DNA of 56,044 bases, filler included, from Sphacelaria rigidula (GCA_964200075.2; 5 parts of 5 records of this genome joined end to end with filler, not necessarily neighbours in it); one strand, 5' to 3'. Positions 25,920 to 38,706 are shown, counted from the first letter of the whole stretch. A program made the numbers and translations. Notes: generated from the letters alone by a model not told the origin.

Positions 25920-26380
25920 GGCATCCATGAACACTGGGTTTCCGAAACCTTCGTGCAACCTCGACATGCCGGAAGACAACCGGGCCAAGGAACTCAATGG
26001 GGAAGTATATTATGTGTGCTTCAATGGTATATTCAGAAAGCGTTCAATCGTCGTCATAGTGCGGGAAAAAAAAAATGTCATCAGTCTTCCTTTCAAACGG
26101 AGGGCAGGCAGGCCCACGTGGCCGGCTTGGTGCTGCATGCTCTTACAAATTCCGCTGCGTTTTCATACGTTTTCTGTGTCACGTCGATATCGGTGCCACG
26201 TCTCAGGCCACCGAGGGAGGCGCTCCAACAAATCGTAGCCTTCGCGGGATTACCACCCCACAACTTTGCGTTGTATTCTCTAATAATTAGGGGCGCCACA
26301 TGTTCGCGGCAGGTCGTGCATCGCCTAACGTATTACAGAGTGAGGGGGGATGCGCTAGGAAGCAGAGTTTCCTTCAGGCT
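25920..26380 (+). pseudogene. Tyrosine recombinase remnant (DIRS/Ngaro- or Crypton-like)
   Basis: EALQQIVAFAGLPPHNFALYSLIIRGAT matches degenerate HSLRIGGAT. After a frameshift, AAGRASPNVLQSEG resembles the GRW.S region. Confidence 0.65.
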
Positions 26381-27124
26381 GGAGTTTTCTTTAGACCATA
26401 TATGGCTGTCTACATGCAACACATTCACGTTGAGGCGGTAACACCATCAGTTTTTCTTACAGCGTAGGCGTCCGATCAGTGAGAGCGTAAGCAAGAACAA
26501 AAAATATGCAGCTTACCGCGCAGCGCTTTTTTCTCAGGCCTTTCTTCGTTTTTTAGCTTCTATTTCTCGGAGTTCGATGAACTTTAGAGTCGCAGTTTTT
26601 CCTTTTCTTTGTCTCTTTGCCAGTGAATTTATCAGCTGCCGCGGTTCGGTGAATTTTGGGGCTGAATTTTATTGTCTCTGTCCTCGCCGTCTATTTTAGC
26701 GTCACAGTGTTGCGTTCGAAAAGGAAACAAAAATGCGCGCCGAACGAGTCAAATATTATGCCCTTGCCGGATCTTCCATCTTCTACTCATCACGTATAAC
26801 ATACTTTCATAACCGATACAGATATCCAATCTTTGACTCAACCTCTTGGCAGTAGGCATTGCCTGTACCACCTCCCAATTTAAAATACTTCCTTTCCACG
26901 CCTATCGTGGAGGACGAGGCCGCCGATAGGCGGCCCCGTCCGATCCTTGTATATACTATGATTATGAACGAGTACAGCATAAATTTTTAATCACCGCAGA
27001 GTACAGTACTGCTGACTACAGAGGGGAACCCTCATGAATCTTAGTCCCGTGGTGAAGCCCTGTACCCGGGACACTTTTGTTCTGCCTATGACTAACCCTA
27101 TCCCCTAGGCTGCTAGTAGTCACC

Positions 27125-27583
27125 CAGAAGAATTGGCTGCCACAACACTTGGCCTTCTAGGGCTTCGATCGATGCAATTTGGTCCTCAGATACCTTGAGT
27201 TCTGCGTTCCCGATGTCGCGGTCTGTCTTGAATCCCACGAGAACCTGTCCTTTGATTGGTCTCCCCGCTTAGGGGATCGGAACACGACGTCTGCAGAGTC
27301 TTCCTCCCTGAAGACGTTTCCTCTTGGTTCTTCGCTCTACGCTCAGGTGGATGATCCAGCTGTGCGTAGAGATAAGAACCAAGAGGAAAGGGTTTCTGGG
27401 GACGAAAGACTCGGTAGGCGTTCTGTTCTGGTCCCCTAAGCAGAGGGGCCAATGAACGGCCAGGTTCTCGTGGTATTCCAAGGCAGACCGCGACATGAGG
27501 AACGCAGAACTCAAGGTCTCGAGGACCAGACGGTGTCCATTGAAACCCAAGAAGGCCGAGTGTTGTGGCAGCCAACTCTTCTG
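27125..27583. mobile_element. About 460-bp foldback palindrome with almost no loop
   Basis: cagaagaattggctgccacaacac...gtgttgtggcagccaactcttctg, centred near ggatgatcc at about 27354. Confidence 0.9.
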
Positions 27584-27925
27584 CATTACGCACAGTTTTC
27601 CCACCGTAAAGCAGAAAACCATGAGAAAAAAGAGTTATTGGTGAGGAAACCTGACTGAGTGGGGGTCAGTGGTTTTTGTGACGTCTTGACAACAGCTAGT
27701 CCCGGGTTCGACTTTTCCCAGGATCGTTCTTTACCTATTTCTTCGTGATGATAAAATAAAAGCACTCCGCGGTGACCCGGTGCACACGCACTCGGCTATA
27801 ATGAGCACAGTGAACCCTACATCGTAGTAGCAGCGTTGGTTTCAAGGACAACCCTGGGGTGAAACGGGAGTTGGATCCGTGTGCTCCACAGCTTGGACGG
27901 ACACCGGGATAGATGTGTTGAGATA

Positions 27926-27985
27926 TTGCAATAACTACTGAGCCACTTAGTCAGTGGTGACTGAGTAGCTCAGTAGTTATTGCAA
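27926..27985. repeat. 60-bp hairpin (28-bp arms, 4-nt loop)
   Basis: ttgcaataactactgagccacttagtca-gtgg-tgactgagtagctcagtagttattgcaa. Confidence 0.85.
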
Positions 27986-28189
27986 CGAATCAACATTTTT
28001 TTTTCGAACATCTTCATAATTTTACGAGCGCTGTTTTTTTGGGATACATAATCGTAACGACAAACAAGTGAAGATACAGGAAAGACAAGATATTGCATGC
28101 ACCATTTACGAAGAGTATACAGTTGAACAGATTACCGAAGCAACAAGCAATGAACAAGAGTGGTACGAGAAAAACAAGAACGATGCCTA

Positions 28190-28757
28190 GGGTCTGGTCC
28201 TCAAAGAAGTTCAATTCTGCGCTCCGTATGTCGCGGCCTGTCTTGGACAACCACGAAAACCTGACCTTCCATCGGCCCCTCGGCTTAGGGGATCGGAACA
28301 CAACGTCTGCCGCATCTTTCTCCTCGAAGAACCGTTTCCTCTTGGTTTCCCGCTCAATGTTCAGTTGACCGAGGGTCACGGTGGTCTCTTTCCTGGCCTC
28401 CACCTCCTTTCTTGCCTTCACTCCACAAAACTTATATTTATTCGCCACTCTACGAGTAGAAACCTTACGTGTGGACGCCCTGACTGGAGAGCACGTTCCA
28501 CAACGTTCCACCCCTCTCTCGGCACGGCTCGTAACACCCCTCTCTCTGCACGGAGCAGAGATAGGGGTGGAACGTGCTCTCCACAGTCAGGGTGTCCATA
28601 CGTGAGGGTTCTACTCGTAGAGTGGTGTATAAATAGGAGTTTTGTAGAGTGGAGGCAAACAAGGAGGTAGAGGCCAGGAAAGAGACCACCGTGTAGCTGG
28701 GTCAACTGAACGTGAAACGGAAAGCCAAGAGGAAACGGTTCTTCGGGGGGGGGGGAG
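28190..28757. mobile_element. Foldback element related to 27125-27583, right arm truncated at poly-G
   Basis: 28190-28350 is homologous to 27180-27335. 28325-28745 is palindromic. Confidence 0.85.
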
Positions 28758-30100
28758 ACCCTAGCTGAGCGGCTCAGTGGTTCTTGTCATATTGAGTTGA
28801 AATGCCAACACGACACTTGCCCATTTATCTGTTCCCCTCTTCAACCAGGACTTTGAAGAAATTGGTGCTTTCAGAGCAGGTTGCGGGGGGTTGGTTATCA
28901 ATGATGGTGTTGATTGTACAGCCGAACACACTCCCGAGCGTACAGCTGGGCAATAATCCACGCTACTACGAGCACTGCGAACCCCTTCATCGAAGACTGG
29001 TGCGCAAACGCTCGCTCGTTGGGTAGTCTGACGAGTGCATGTAATTGCGAGGGTATTGGGGGGCTGTGTGCTACGTAAAGCAGCTATTGGCTGTAGTTCT
29101 CAGGGTGTCCAGGGGTGAAATCATGTCCCGAGTTTATTTGTTGTTCCAGATTCAACGTAAAATTTCAATAGTCAAAGAAAATCGGGGCTAGTTGAGGTCG
29201 CCACGCACACGCACATCATAGGCGACCACTTGCGTTGTGTAGGGGATTCACAGAAGGGCGATGGATCTGCACGCCGCCGTGTGAGTTGTCAATCTTTTTC
29301 AGACCTGAACCGTTGACATGGCACCATCCTCATGACACGTGAAGGGCGTGGATTAGGTGCTGTGGCCTTTGATATCGTGTGACCGGAGATAAACGATGCG
29401 ATGATGGTATAGACAGAGTACCATCAGATTGCGGTATTTCGCACAAATCCGGGTCATTGCACATATCGCGGTCATGACATACGAGTAGGGGTGTGCTGAA
29501 AGCAAGAGCCAGAATATTCAACTCAATTACTGCAAAGGTATCGGGGTGATCGCACCCCTGTGTGATGACCCCCGGGAAACCCCAATTTCGTACTGGGACG
29601 AGTGGTTCCGTTTTTTTTTTTCATGTTGGGTTCCACCCTTGTATTTATAGCACCGTGACGGTCTACATGTAGAAATGGAGGAGGTATCTTTACGGAGTCG
29701 ATAAATGGTATCCACTCAACCAAACACGCACAAAAATCACATGTACCGTGACTTAGAACTATTGATAGCTTACTGGCATGAAAAATGACCTCTAATCTAC
29801 GAAAATGAAGACGAAATCGCTCGATGTGGTCCTAATGATACTCACAGTTCTCCGTTCTCGTTGAACAAGTAGTTCGCAGGGCAAATACGGCCACGGGAGC
29901 GTCTTCGCCTTGTTGTGAGAATCAAGCAGATAGCTGCGTTGCAGTACACTTGTGCAACTCGTAGGTCTCGAGAACGTTTAGATACACAAACTCTTGTTCA
30001 TGATTCGCGAATAGACCAGCCTGTATAGCAGAGTCAGTACAATCGCCGCTGTGTTTCATATGATTTGCAGTTGTATCCACAAACGCCTTGAATTTGTGAA

Positions 30101-30293
30101 TTGTTCGAAGGGGGTCGATTCAAGCGACGAACATTCACGTTTGGGTTCGGAACGGGCAACGAGCGAACGGAGGTGCGGCTAAAGGAGGGTGTCGACACAG
30201 TACTTTGCTGGAGGAAGGAGGCAACAGGGGACAAAAACGGGGAGTCTTGGCACGAGATCGACCTCGCTGATGTGAAGACCATAGAACCCAAAG
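30101..30293 (+). CDS. Candidate exon encoding a PH-domain-like segment
   Basis: LFEGGRFKRRTF..VRLKEGVDTVLCWRKE..WHEIDLADVKTIEPKG ends at donor AG|GTCAGT. Acceptor unclear because of an in-frame TGA at 30089. Confidence 0.5.
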
Positions 30294-32759
30294 GTCAGTG
30301 GTTTCATATGATCTGTATCGTTTGTGCGTGGAAAGAGGATAGTGCACACATTTGCGCGGTAGACCTACTTAGATTCCAATAACGTGGTTGCCCTCGCTTG
30401 CGGGCGGCGGTGTGGCTACACTTGGTGTGGAACGCCGTTTCTTGCTCGAGCAGCTTTACGTCGAGCACCCGATCGTACGAAGTAGCGTTCCTTGTTCGAG
30501 CCGCTCCACGCCGAGCACCCGATCGTCTGGAGTAGCAGTTTTCAAGATCGTGCCAGACAATCATGCCGTTCGATCTTCTACAGTGGAGCATCCACCGCGA
30601 TGACTTCCTTGCCCCTGTTCTGATCGCCCTCATTCGTTCTCGTTGCTGTACTTGGTCTTACACTTTTGAAATGCATGGAGCGTTTCTAAGTAGCACGGCA
30701 TTTCGCATCATTTTCCCTTCATAACATTCGACTAGGCAGGATTGATCGGATGATGGACGAGAGAGAACTTCGCATATTCGTATGTCGTACTACGGTAAAA
30801 TAAGACGCACAGCTTGATGCTCACTCGATAGATGATACGCAATATATGCGGGTTGAGAAATTCGACCTCTAAACAGAGGCAAGGTTCGATCGCCGTACAA
30901 TTAACACAATCGCTTAGCTAGGATGGTCCGTGGCGCCGGTCGATCAATTTCTCGCTTGTGAAGAGATCTACGCGAACACGATCACGCCAAGGGCCTAAGA
31001 TCCGTGAGGGGTGTGTTTTCTGCCATCTTAGATCGGTCAATCACGAACCGACACACGAAGACCTAAGCCCTTCTAAGCCAGCTTGTGACAATATTTTTCC
31101 ATTTCACCGGTTGCCATGCTTCACCTTAAGTGCAGTAGATTGAACAACAGTGCGCCATAATCCGCAATCCTTCGAATCTGCGAACATCTGATACCGTTCG
31201 TACCGAGGCGGCAGTATATGTCATGAGAGCCCATGTCCCACGGTGCTTTTGTCGGCGGTTGAGCATATGACGAAATTTCAGTATTCGTTCAGCGCCTAGA
31301 CACCGAGTACCAGGATCTGAGAAACCACTTGGGAAAACTGTGCGTATACATGTATTTGTAGGGATGACCCGTTCGGCCAATCACGTGCAAGCGATTCCCT
31401 GATTGATTGACTGTTGCACATCAACTGATCCCGAAAAATTATAATCCAGCCGCCGTCACATGATCGACGGCTCACAAGGTTGACAAAACGGAAACACCCG
31501 CTGCAGGAAAGTCGAGAGATGCGAAAGGCAAGGAAAGATGAAACAAACAGAGTGAACTGAACAAGAACGAGATGCGAACAAAACAGAAGCAAAGCATGGG
31601 AAGGAAAGGAAATGATAATCAGGGACCGTGCCGCACCCTGTAGAGGTGGTATGAAGAAAAATCAGTTCACCTCACGCTCTGTCCATGTATGTTGTACTTC
31701 CTCTGTCCAATGAGTCTGTATCGGTATGGACGTTTAATCGTTTGGTTATTTCAACGCTGACGATCATCCTACCGTTGGGCTCGTTGGAGAGATAACGCGC
31801 AGACGAAGCTGACTATCAAACAACTTGTTTTCATTACTAAAATTATGTCAAAATATACCCCGTTTTGGCCCTTTTTGGTCCACTTATACCCCGATGTTAA
31901 CCGATTTTGGACGTCTTCACGTCGAGCACTCGCGATCACATGCTAAAAAATTGTTAGATGGGGCGTGCGTAGGTTAACGTCACGGAGATATCCAAATTAG
32001 AGGTGGTTTTGCGATTTTCACATTTTTTCTTCACAATTTTTCGCGATTCCCGGGTCTCCTTTGCTTCACCGGGAAAAAGAGCGAAAAATTGCCATATTTT
32101 GACCGACTTATTTTTTCTCGGCCGCGATGCTGCACGGGTCAAGCACCCACGTCTCCGAGTTCAGCAACATACTCCCAGTACGGAAAACCAGTTTCAGTCT
32201 TCAGAGGGCTGGCCGCGTCTGGCAGTCTAATAGCAGGATTTTGAGCACCGGCCCCTCCATCACCGCTGAATTTGGGCCATATACAAATTTAGGGTATAGT
32301 GCAGTTCTTTCTTGTATACCTTACCCCTTGGGGTGACAGCCGTTCCGGCCGAGCTTTTCACATGTCTTGCATAAACCTTCGGATGTTCTTGTGGTTGGTT
32401 GCATCGGCGCCCACGTGGAGGAGACGTAGAGGAAGACTTTGAGTCGGTCGGCTTCCAGCACGCCACATGATATTTTTAAAATGAGGTTCAAGGCCGAAAC
32501 AGCGCTCTCTCCAAGCTGAAAGTGATCACTTGAGGCCGCTGTTCATCATCCGAACCAAAAACTGTTGGGTTTTTATTTTTGTTTGTTAACCCTTTTATGT
32601 CGTTTCCCGCACTAAAAAGAGGGCAGGCGGAATCTGAAAATTCGGAATGATTTACTTGCACGTTCTTGAACAAGGTATCAAAGTTTAACTTACGAGGAGA
32701 GATTTCCGAAAGTGAGCCTCAACCACAAGAAGGTACAACGCCGCAACAGCCCTTTCCCC

Positions 32760-33020
32760 GGAGCCCGAAACAAGGTGCGATCAACGGCTTTTTAGTCGAC
32801 CTGATGCCCCTCCATCGCATGGATACTACTAAAGCGACTTCTTACCAAGTCTGTTCGCCCATAGCGCTGAGCGGAAACCGATGTCTTTCGGTGCTGGATT
32901 CATGACCCCAAAATCGAGGCAAAAGGACGAGTTCGCTCGGCGCTGTGGGCGTACAGCGATGGCGGAAGTCGCTGTAATAAAAATTTACGTACACATGCAT
33001 CGAGGGGCATGAGGTTTGAG
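32760..33020. mobile_element. Diverged inverted-repeat element related to 46350-46768
   Basis: cctgatgcccctccatcgc...gcatcgaggggcatgagg. Confidence 0.55.
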
Positions 33021-33507
33021 AAAGAAATCATTCCTCGTGCCTCATTTGAGATTGAGGGAAGGAAGGGGCTCCACCAGCTGCGGGCCAGGAAGCCCCCGCC
33101 CACATACACCGGTCGCCCCCGAAGACTCTTGATGAGAAAAAAAATAGCTTGGAAATTTTGGCAGAAATTCTGTTGATACGGCACTCACTATCGCTTATCT
33201 ACATGGTATCTGGGAGATATGTTTCGATCATGTGTTCTGCGCATCTAAACCACGTCGATTATCAGTTGTTGCACAACAGTTGTCGGCACGTTCACCACCT
33301 GGTGCGTAGACGTGTTCATTTGTGCTTTTTGCGCTTGATACCTGTACTTGATACCGATACGTACAGCACGCAGGATTATCACCACAAGAAGCGGGGTGGG
33401 ATCCTCTTGACCACAGGAACACGTGGGGACACTACGAGTAGATTTCCCGGGTTCGAAATCTCGCACATAGCCCACAAGGGATTGTTTGGAGGCGTTGTTT
33501 CAGGGAC

Positions 33508-33589
33508 TGTGTGTTTGTGTTGTCGTCCCATCTATTCTGGACGCCAGTCTACACCTTTCGGTATATGTCGGCGCATCAGCCGGGGTCAC
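33508..33589 (+). repeat. Dispersed short repeat at contig end
   Basis: gtgttgtcgtcccatctattctggacgccagtctacacctttcgg; same family as 11233-11300. Confidence 0.85.
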
Positions 33590-33689
33590 NNNNNNNNNNN
33601 NNNNNNNNNNNNNNNNNNNNNNNNNNNNNNNNNTTAATTAATTAANNNNNNNNNNNNNNNNNNNNNNNNNNNNNNNNNNNNNNNNNNNN
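33590..33689. other. Artificial contig spacer
   Basis: N44-TTAATTAATTAA-N44. Confidence 0.98.
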
Positions 33690-33807
33690 CGGGCAATCAG
33701 GCAGAAGAAATCGTGAATTTGGTGATTTTGAGTCGTGATGATTTGTCCTAACCGTGAAACGTTTGCCTCACCCCGACTTGCCGCGCAACCACCCACTACC
33801 ACATCAG

Positions 33808-34034
33808 AGCCAAGCTCCATCGACACTACCGCCACCTTCAATGTCATCGGGATACAATTCACGGATGCTGAGTGCACCGACCCAACCGGGGTGGAAGAAG
33901 TTGTGCACAATGCGGACTTCACTAACTGCTACCAGCTACTCGACGGCGGTCCTCACTACCTGTCCGACTGCCTTGGGGAAAACGTGCTCTTGACGCAGCA
34001 GTTCACGGCGGATGACACAACGTGCACCGGAGAG
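33808..34034 (+). CDS. Exon A (first visible) of Cys-domain/mucin-stalk surface protein
   Basis: CAG acceptor and GAG|GTGATT donor, phase 1 in and phase 0 out. Encodes FTDAEC..NCY..SDC..DDTTCTGE. Confidence 0.8.
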
Positions 34035-34752
34035 GTGATTATTGTCGTAAACTTGACACAGTAGACAGTTTCAGGCAATACGATCCGGCAATACGTCCTA
34101 CCTTTGTCCGGTACTCTACATACCACCGGTTTCTCTGACGGGCCATGACTCCGATTTTTCAGCCGTTCGTCGCATGCACCCTGTATACACGGTGAAGGCA
34201 ATACATTATTAGATCAGCATACTCTTCTTGCATTGAAACGAACAATCTCTCCATCAAACATACATGTTTCAACCAGGCAACTTGCTACTGTTGTAGTATC
34301 AAGATATCCAGAATCAAAGCCTGTAGCATAGTTTTCAGCACCCCTGCGCATTGTATTCACAGCAATATATATCCGAATGACGTGATGCTTCCGGTGATCG
34401 TCGTCGTTTTGTCCACACACGCGGCTGTACCCTTTCTCATTCTGCGAGAGAACTGTTATTGTTACCCGTCGCAGAATACGTCCATCAACAAATTTTATTG
34501 CACTAACCTGGTATCCGCTTCAGTCGGCTGGCGTCGGACAGATGAGGCGACTTTCAAGTGTCATATTCCATTCATGGTATATAGCATGACCCCCTCCCTA
34601 GAGCTCGGCCGATTCGACGCCATGGGCAACTCACGGTTGGATCGCACGGAAAGCCCTCTTCTCCATGGTATATTTCACCACCGCGAGTATGCGCCACCGA
34701 TGACATTCATAATTACCATCTCATTCTGCTGTCCAATACTAAACTGAATCAG

Positions 34753-34850
34753 GTGGTGCTGGAGACATACGGGGACGTTGCTTCCGCTCTCTCCTCGCCG
34801 GACGCACCTCTAAACTGCATGTCTGAAAACGTCGACGGTTTCTACTACGG
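34753..34850 (+). CDS. Exon B of same gene
   Basis: ATCAG| acceptor and |GTACGT donor, phase 0 in and phase 2 out. Encodes VVLETYGD..LNCMSENVDGFYYG. Confidence 0.82.
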
Positions 34851-34866
34851 GTACGTTCAACATGTA

Positions 34867-34910
34867 TGTACTGTACTGTACTGTACTGTACTGTACTGTA
34901 CTGTACCGTA
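34867..34910. repeat. (CTGTA)n microsatellite at intron start
   Basis: About 8 tandem pentamer units. Confidence 0.9.
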
Positions 34911-35010
34911 CAGTGGGGGGCCGTGGTTTGAGAGAGATATGTTCAAGAGAAATACCGGTGTGAGAGAGATCAAAATGGCTTGGCACACACCTTCTTGAAA
35001 CCGGACCCCG
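34911..35010. mobile_element. Short Tc1/mariner-like MITE (ta|CAGTGG terminus); second copy at about 37470-37608
   Basis: Shared tatgttcaagaga..tcaaaat.gcttggcaca core. The 37608 end (ccatggctgccactg|ta) is the inverse of the 34911 end. Confidence 0.65.
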
Positions 35011-35375
35011 TTTCTCTTATACCGCACCAAACCATCATTCCCCTGCTCTTCTAGCTCGCTGCTGAAAGCAGTGCAGTAGTCTGTCGTCGTACTGTACAGC
35101 AGTTCAGTAGTTGATGAGCAGCTCACAGTTTCACTGGCTGCAGCACGATGCCTTGCGCAGCCGAATGGTGCAACATGGTCAAGGTGTCATACTATCTTCG
35201 TAAGGACAAGCTGACCTAGATTAACGAGTTGGGTCAAAGAATACGAAGCAAACTTGTGTGGCAGACTTCGTGTAAAGTTGCAGGAGCTGCCGACAAGCGC
35301 AGTATTAATGTTCGTTGCTTGGTACCGTACGTAGGAGGGATGTAGGTTCTTGATTATCACTGGTGAGTTTGATTC

Positions 35376-35633
35376 CAAGGGTCGGAGAAATAATTATTCG
35401 TCTGGAAATCACTTGGTTTTAGTATAATAGATTCGAATCGTACAAATCAATCCCTAGGCTTTGTTTTCAGCGGTGCAATCCACGTACACGCAGCCCAAAC
35501 ACATAAAATGGCGCGAAAGTTGCGTGGATACCCCTTGGACCAGCGGTCAATTTCGTTTTCCCCTTTTGGGCAATCAGGCCGAAGAAATCGTGGATTTGGT
35601 GAATCGTAGTCGTGATGATTCGTCCTAACCGTG
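35376..35633. mobile_element. MITE family B, intronic copy
   Basis: Homologous to 11727-11969. Flanks tttgattc and gtggattc. Confidence 0.85.
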
Positions 35634-35790
35634 GTGGATTCGGATCATTCTTGGCTTCAGCCGGTTTCTGTACTGCTGTACGAGCAGGTCCAGACTAGAA
35701 GCAGTTTTGTAAATTACAGGCCGCGCCTCACATCGAATTTTGGAGTTGGACCTCAACTCTTTGTACGGAGAATGAGTAGAGCATACAGTA

Positions 35791-36018
35791 CTCACTGAGA
35801 CCGTTCTCAAACATCTTTGCGTTTCCCGTAGGTTACACTTTCGTTTTTGGTCAATCTTGCAGCTTCAATAACAGACGGTCAAGTTATTAAACAAATGGCA
35901 GTTTCCTCCCTGTCTTTTTTTATAACTTGACGGTTTGTTATCCAAAATCCAAGTTTCGCTGAAAACGAAACTATGACCTACGGCAAACGCGAAGGTGCTC
36001 TAGAACGGTCTCAGCGAG
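35791..36018. mobile_element. Intronic MITE with TA TSD
   Basis: ta|ctcactgagaccgttct...agaacggtctcagcgag|ta, with about 60-bp imperfect TIRs. Confidence 0.85.
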
Positions 36019-37888
36019 TAGAGCAAGTCATTCCAAGGTCCCAACATCCGCCCAGCCCTCTTTTCGGGGGGAAACAACGGAACAGGGTCAAAAATACGCT
36101 TTTCGACAACTTTCACTTCTTTATATATACGAAGTAGCTTAAACAGTAGAATGCCATCAACTCATGGATGGAGAATAAAATCTTTAGGTACATGAATACT
36201 TTCTACTATGCCCTATTCATTCTCCGTACCAAAGCTCAAGGTCCGACTCTAGAAATTGAGGTGAGGCGTGGCTGTTTCGAAACCGAGCCGGTTGAAATTC
36301 GGAACGGTACTTTGCACGCCACTTGCCGGCCCAGGTTTGGTATTTGTGTCTAATAATTTTGTGGGGGACCTTGCTAGGGCATCATGAACCAAAAAAAGTG
36401 GGTCAGGTTGATTTTTCTATACTGTATTGGCTTAGGTCGTGTTAATAGAGACCATTTTTCACGGGAATGCCCTGACCCCAAAAACAAACGAAGGCCCTTT
36501 TTTTCTTCAGCATGCCTTCGCGATTCTCCATGCTATATTTCAAGGGAGAATTTCATCAAAATGAGCGGGAAAACAAGGATAAGATCCAAGAACAATGTCC
36601 ATTTTCCCTGAAAGTCTCCCCCCCGCGAAGGAAGAAAAATATAACAAAAACGTTTGTTTTATGCTATTTTGCACTAGCGATTCTCGATACGAAATTTCTC
36701 CGCACAACTCTCAAAACTGAGACGCGATATCCAGATTTAGTGCATTTAGTGCCTCTGCTCGTAATATGTGGTTTTTGGTTTATGGCCTTATGTGCTCCAT
36801 ATCTCGAGATAAATAATGAATTAGGTGAAGCTTAGGGTATCTTTCGTTTACCCGTAATCCAGGGCATGTCCACACCAAAAATCGTCATCATCGGTTGTAT
36901 ATATCGTTTGGGGTTTCAAACCGACTTCCGTGTGGACGCTATCTCCGTACGGTGTAGGAATGATAAACATTTGGTTCCATCAACAGGAATAAATTGGCCC
37001 AGAATTTTAAAGAGATAGGCACCTTCCCTTTGATTTGTGTCGATACGATTTTGCTTTGAGAGCTTATAACCCCGTTTCTAGGCTGGACAAGCTCCTAGCA
37101 CTTGTATACGGTTGTCTCTTATTCTGTTCTTGCGTTTCTTCCTTTTTTTTTTGCTCCCGAGACGTGACGCGTGTGATGCCGGTACAGTATGGTACTGCTG
37201 TACAGCAGTACTTTTGTTCTCTGTTTCGTGTTCTCTTGGCCGCTATCTCCAGATGTTGGAGCAGCTTGTAGACCACAGCATACAGCAGCGGTGTTCTTCC
37301 AAATCACAACAAGGAGGAATCGCGCTGGGTGTGGGTCCTGTATCACACCATACTTAATTGAACAGGTTTTGTCCAAAGTTCAATGAGGCGGAACGACACA
37401 AGCGTACCTGCCAGACCTCTTGATTTCGTCCACAGTCTCACCCATATATGTATATATCTACACACATATCGTTTCAAGACAGGTTTTCTAGGAAGCCGAG
37501 AACTCCGCTGACCAGAAAACCCCTCTCGAAACGAGTTAAGAGGAAGTTATGTTCAAGAGAGGTCAAAATAGCTTGGCACATCCCTCTCTTAAACCATGGC
37601 TGCCACTGTAACGACTCTTTGTCTCAGTATGGCCTTTACGCGGAGTGTGCGGGTAACGGTGTCAGGCATACCCTACTTCTACTATAACCACGAAGCGCTG
37701 CCACACACAGTACTCTCGTGAATACCTGGTGTATCGTACAGATCATTCATGAGGTGTCCATATTCCCAACAACATGTAGTTTCTCCGACCCCGCAGGCGA
37801 ACGCGTGCGCAGCAGCATGCTTCACTGACCCCCCTCCGATACCACTGCCCTCACTACCTTCTCCGTCCATCGCCACGCGTCACCACAG

Positions 37889-38706
37889 GTACTACAAATG
37901 CACGACTTCCGCTGCGACTGTGACCATCGGAGGGGGAGATACCACCACCCCATCCCCAGCGGCGCCAACTCCTGGATCCCCAGAGGCACCGACCCCTGCT
38001 GCGACCACTCCTTCCCCTTCGACACCAATCACTGTCGTTCCTAGCCCCTCTGTTTCTAGCTCTGATGGATCATCGGTCACCCCCAACACCCCCGCGCCGG
38101 AGACAGCCACGCCCGTATCACCAACACGTTCTCCTTCACTCACCACTACTCAGGCCCCGGTGGCCTCCGGTCGTGATGGGCTCGCGGGGACATTGGCACC
38201 TTCGACGAACACCAGTCCCACTCCATCTCCAGGTTCCGGCGATGCCGGCAGCATGGGAACGCTTGCACCCTCCCCAGTAGGTGAGACGCAGGCGACTACA
38301 TCTCCGGTGGCCAGCGGCAGCGTTGGTGGCACCACGACGTTGTCTCCCTCCTCGGTAAACGTGCAGGTAACGGTATCTCCGGCGACCAGCGGTAGTGATG
38401 ACAGTGGCACCGACAGCACGCCTGCACCGTCAACAACAAGCACAGTGCCCACAACATCACCGAATTCAGAAAATGACAACCACAAAAGTGACAGCGGTGG
38501 CGCGGAGAGTTCTTCCGGAGATTCCTCGTCGGCATCAGATTCTGAGGATGGAAGCGGTGGTGGCGGCAGTGGCGCTGAGGGAACTGTGGAGCCTTCGTCA
38601 GCGAGCAGCAGTGGCAGCCGTGGCGGCGTGGGATCATCGTCAAGCCGCATGTCCCCAACTCCGTCAATGTCCCCGACTCCGTCGCCCTCGACGTCGAACA
38701 TGTCAG
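37889..38706 (+). CDS. Exon C: Ser/Thr/Pro/Gly-rich stalk
   Basis: Pyrimidine-rich CACAG| acceptor, phase 2 in (gg+g then YYKC), donor |GTTAGT phase 1. 818-nt open frame. Confidence 0.88.

Noticed and set aside
31296..31592. Minus-strand polypyrimidine tract and CAG acceptor followed by an open frame
   Set aside because: Peptide is not convincingly protein-like and no partner exon was found.
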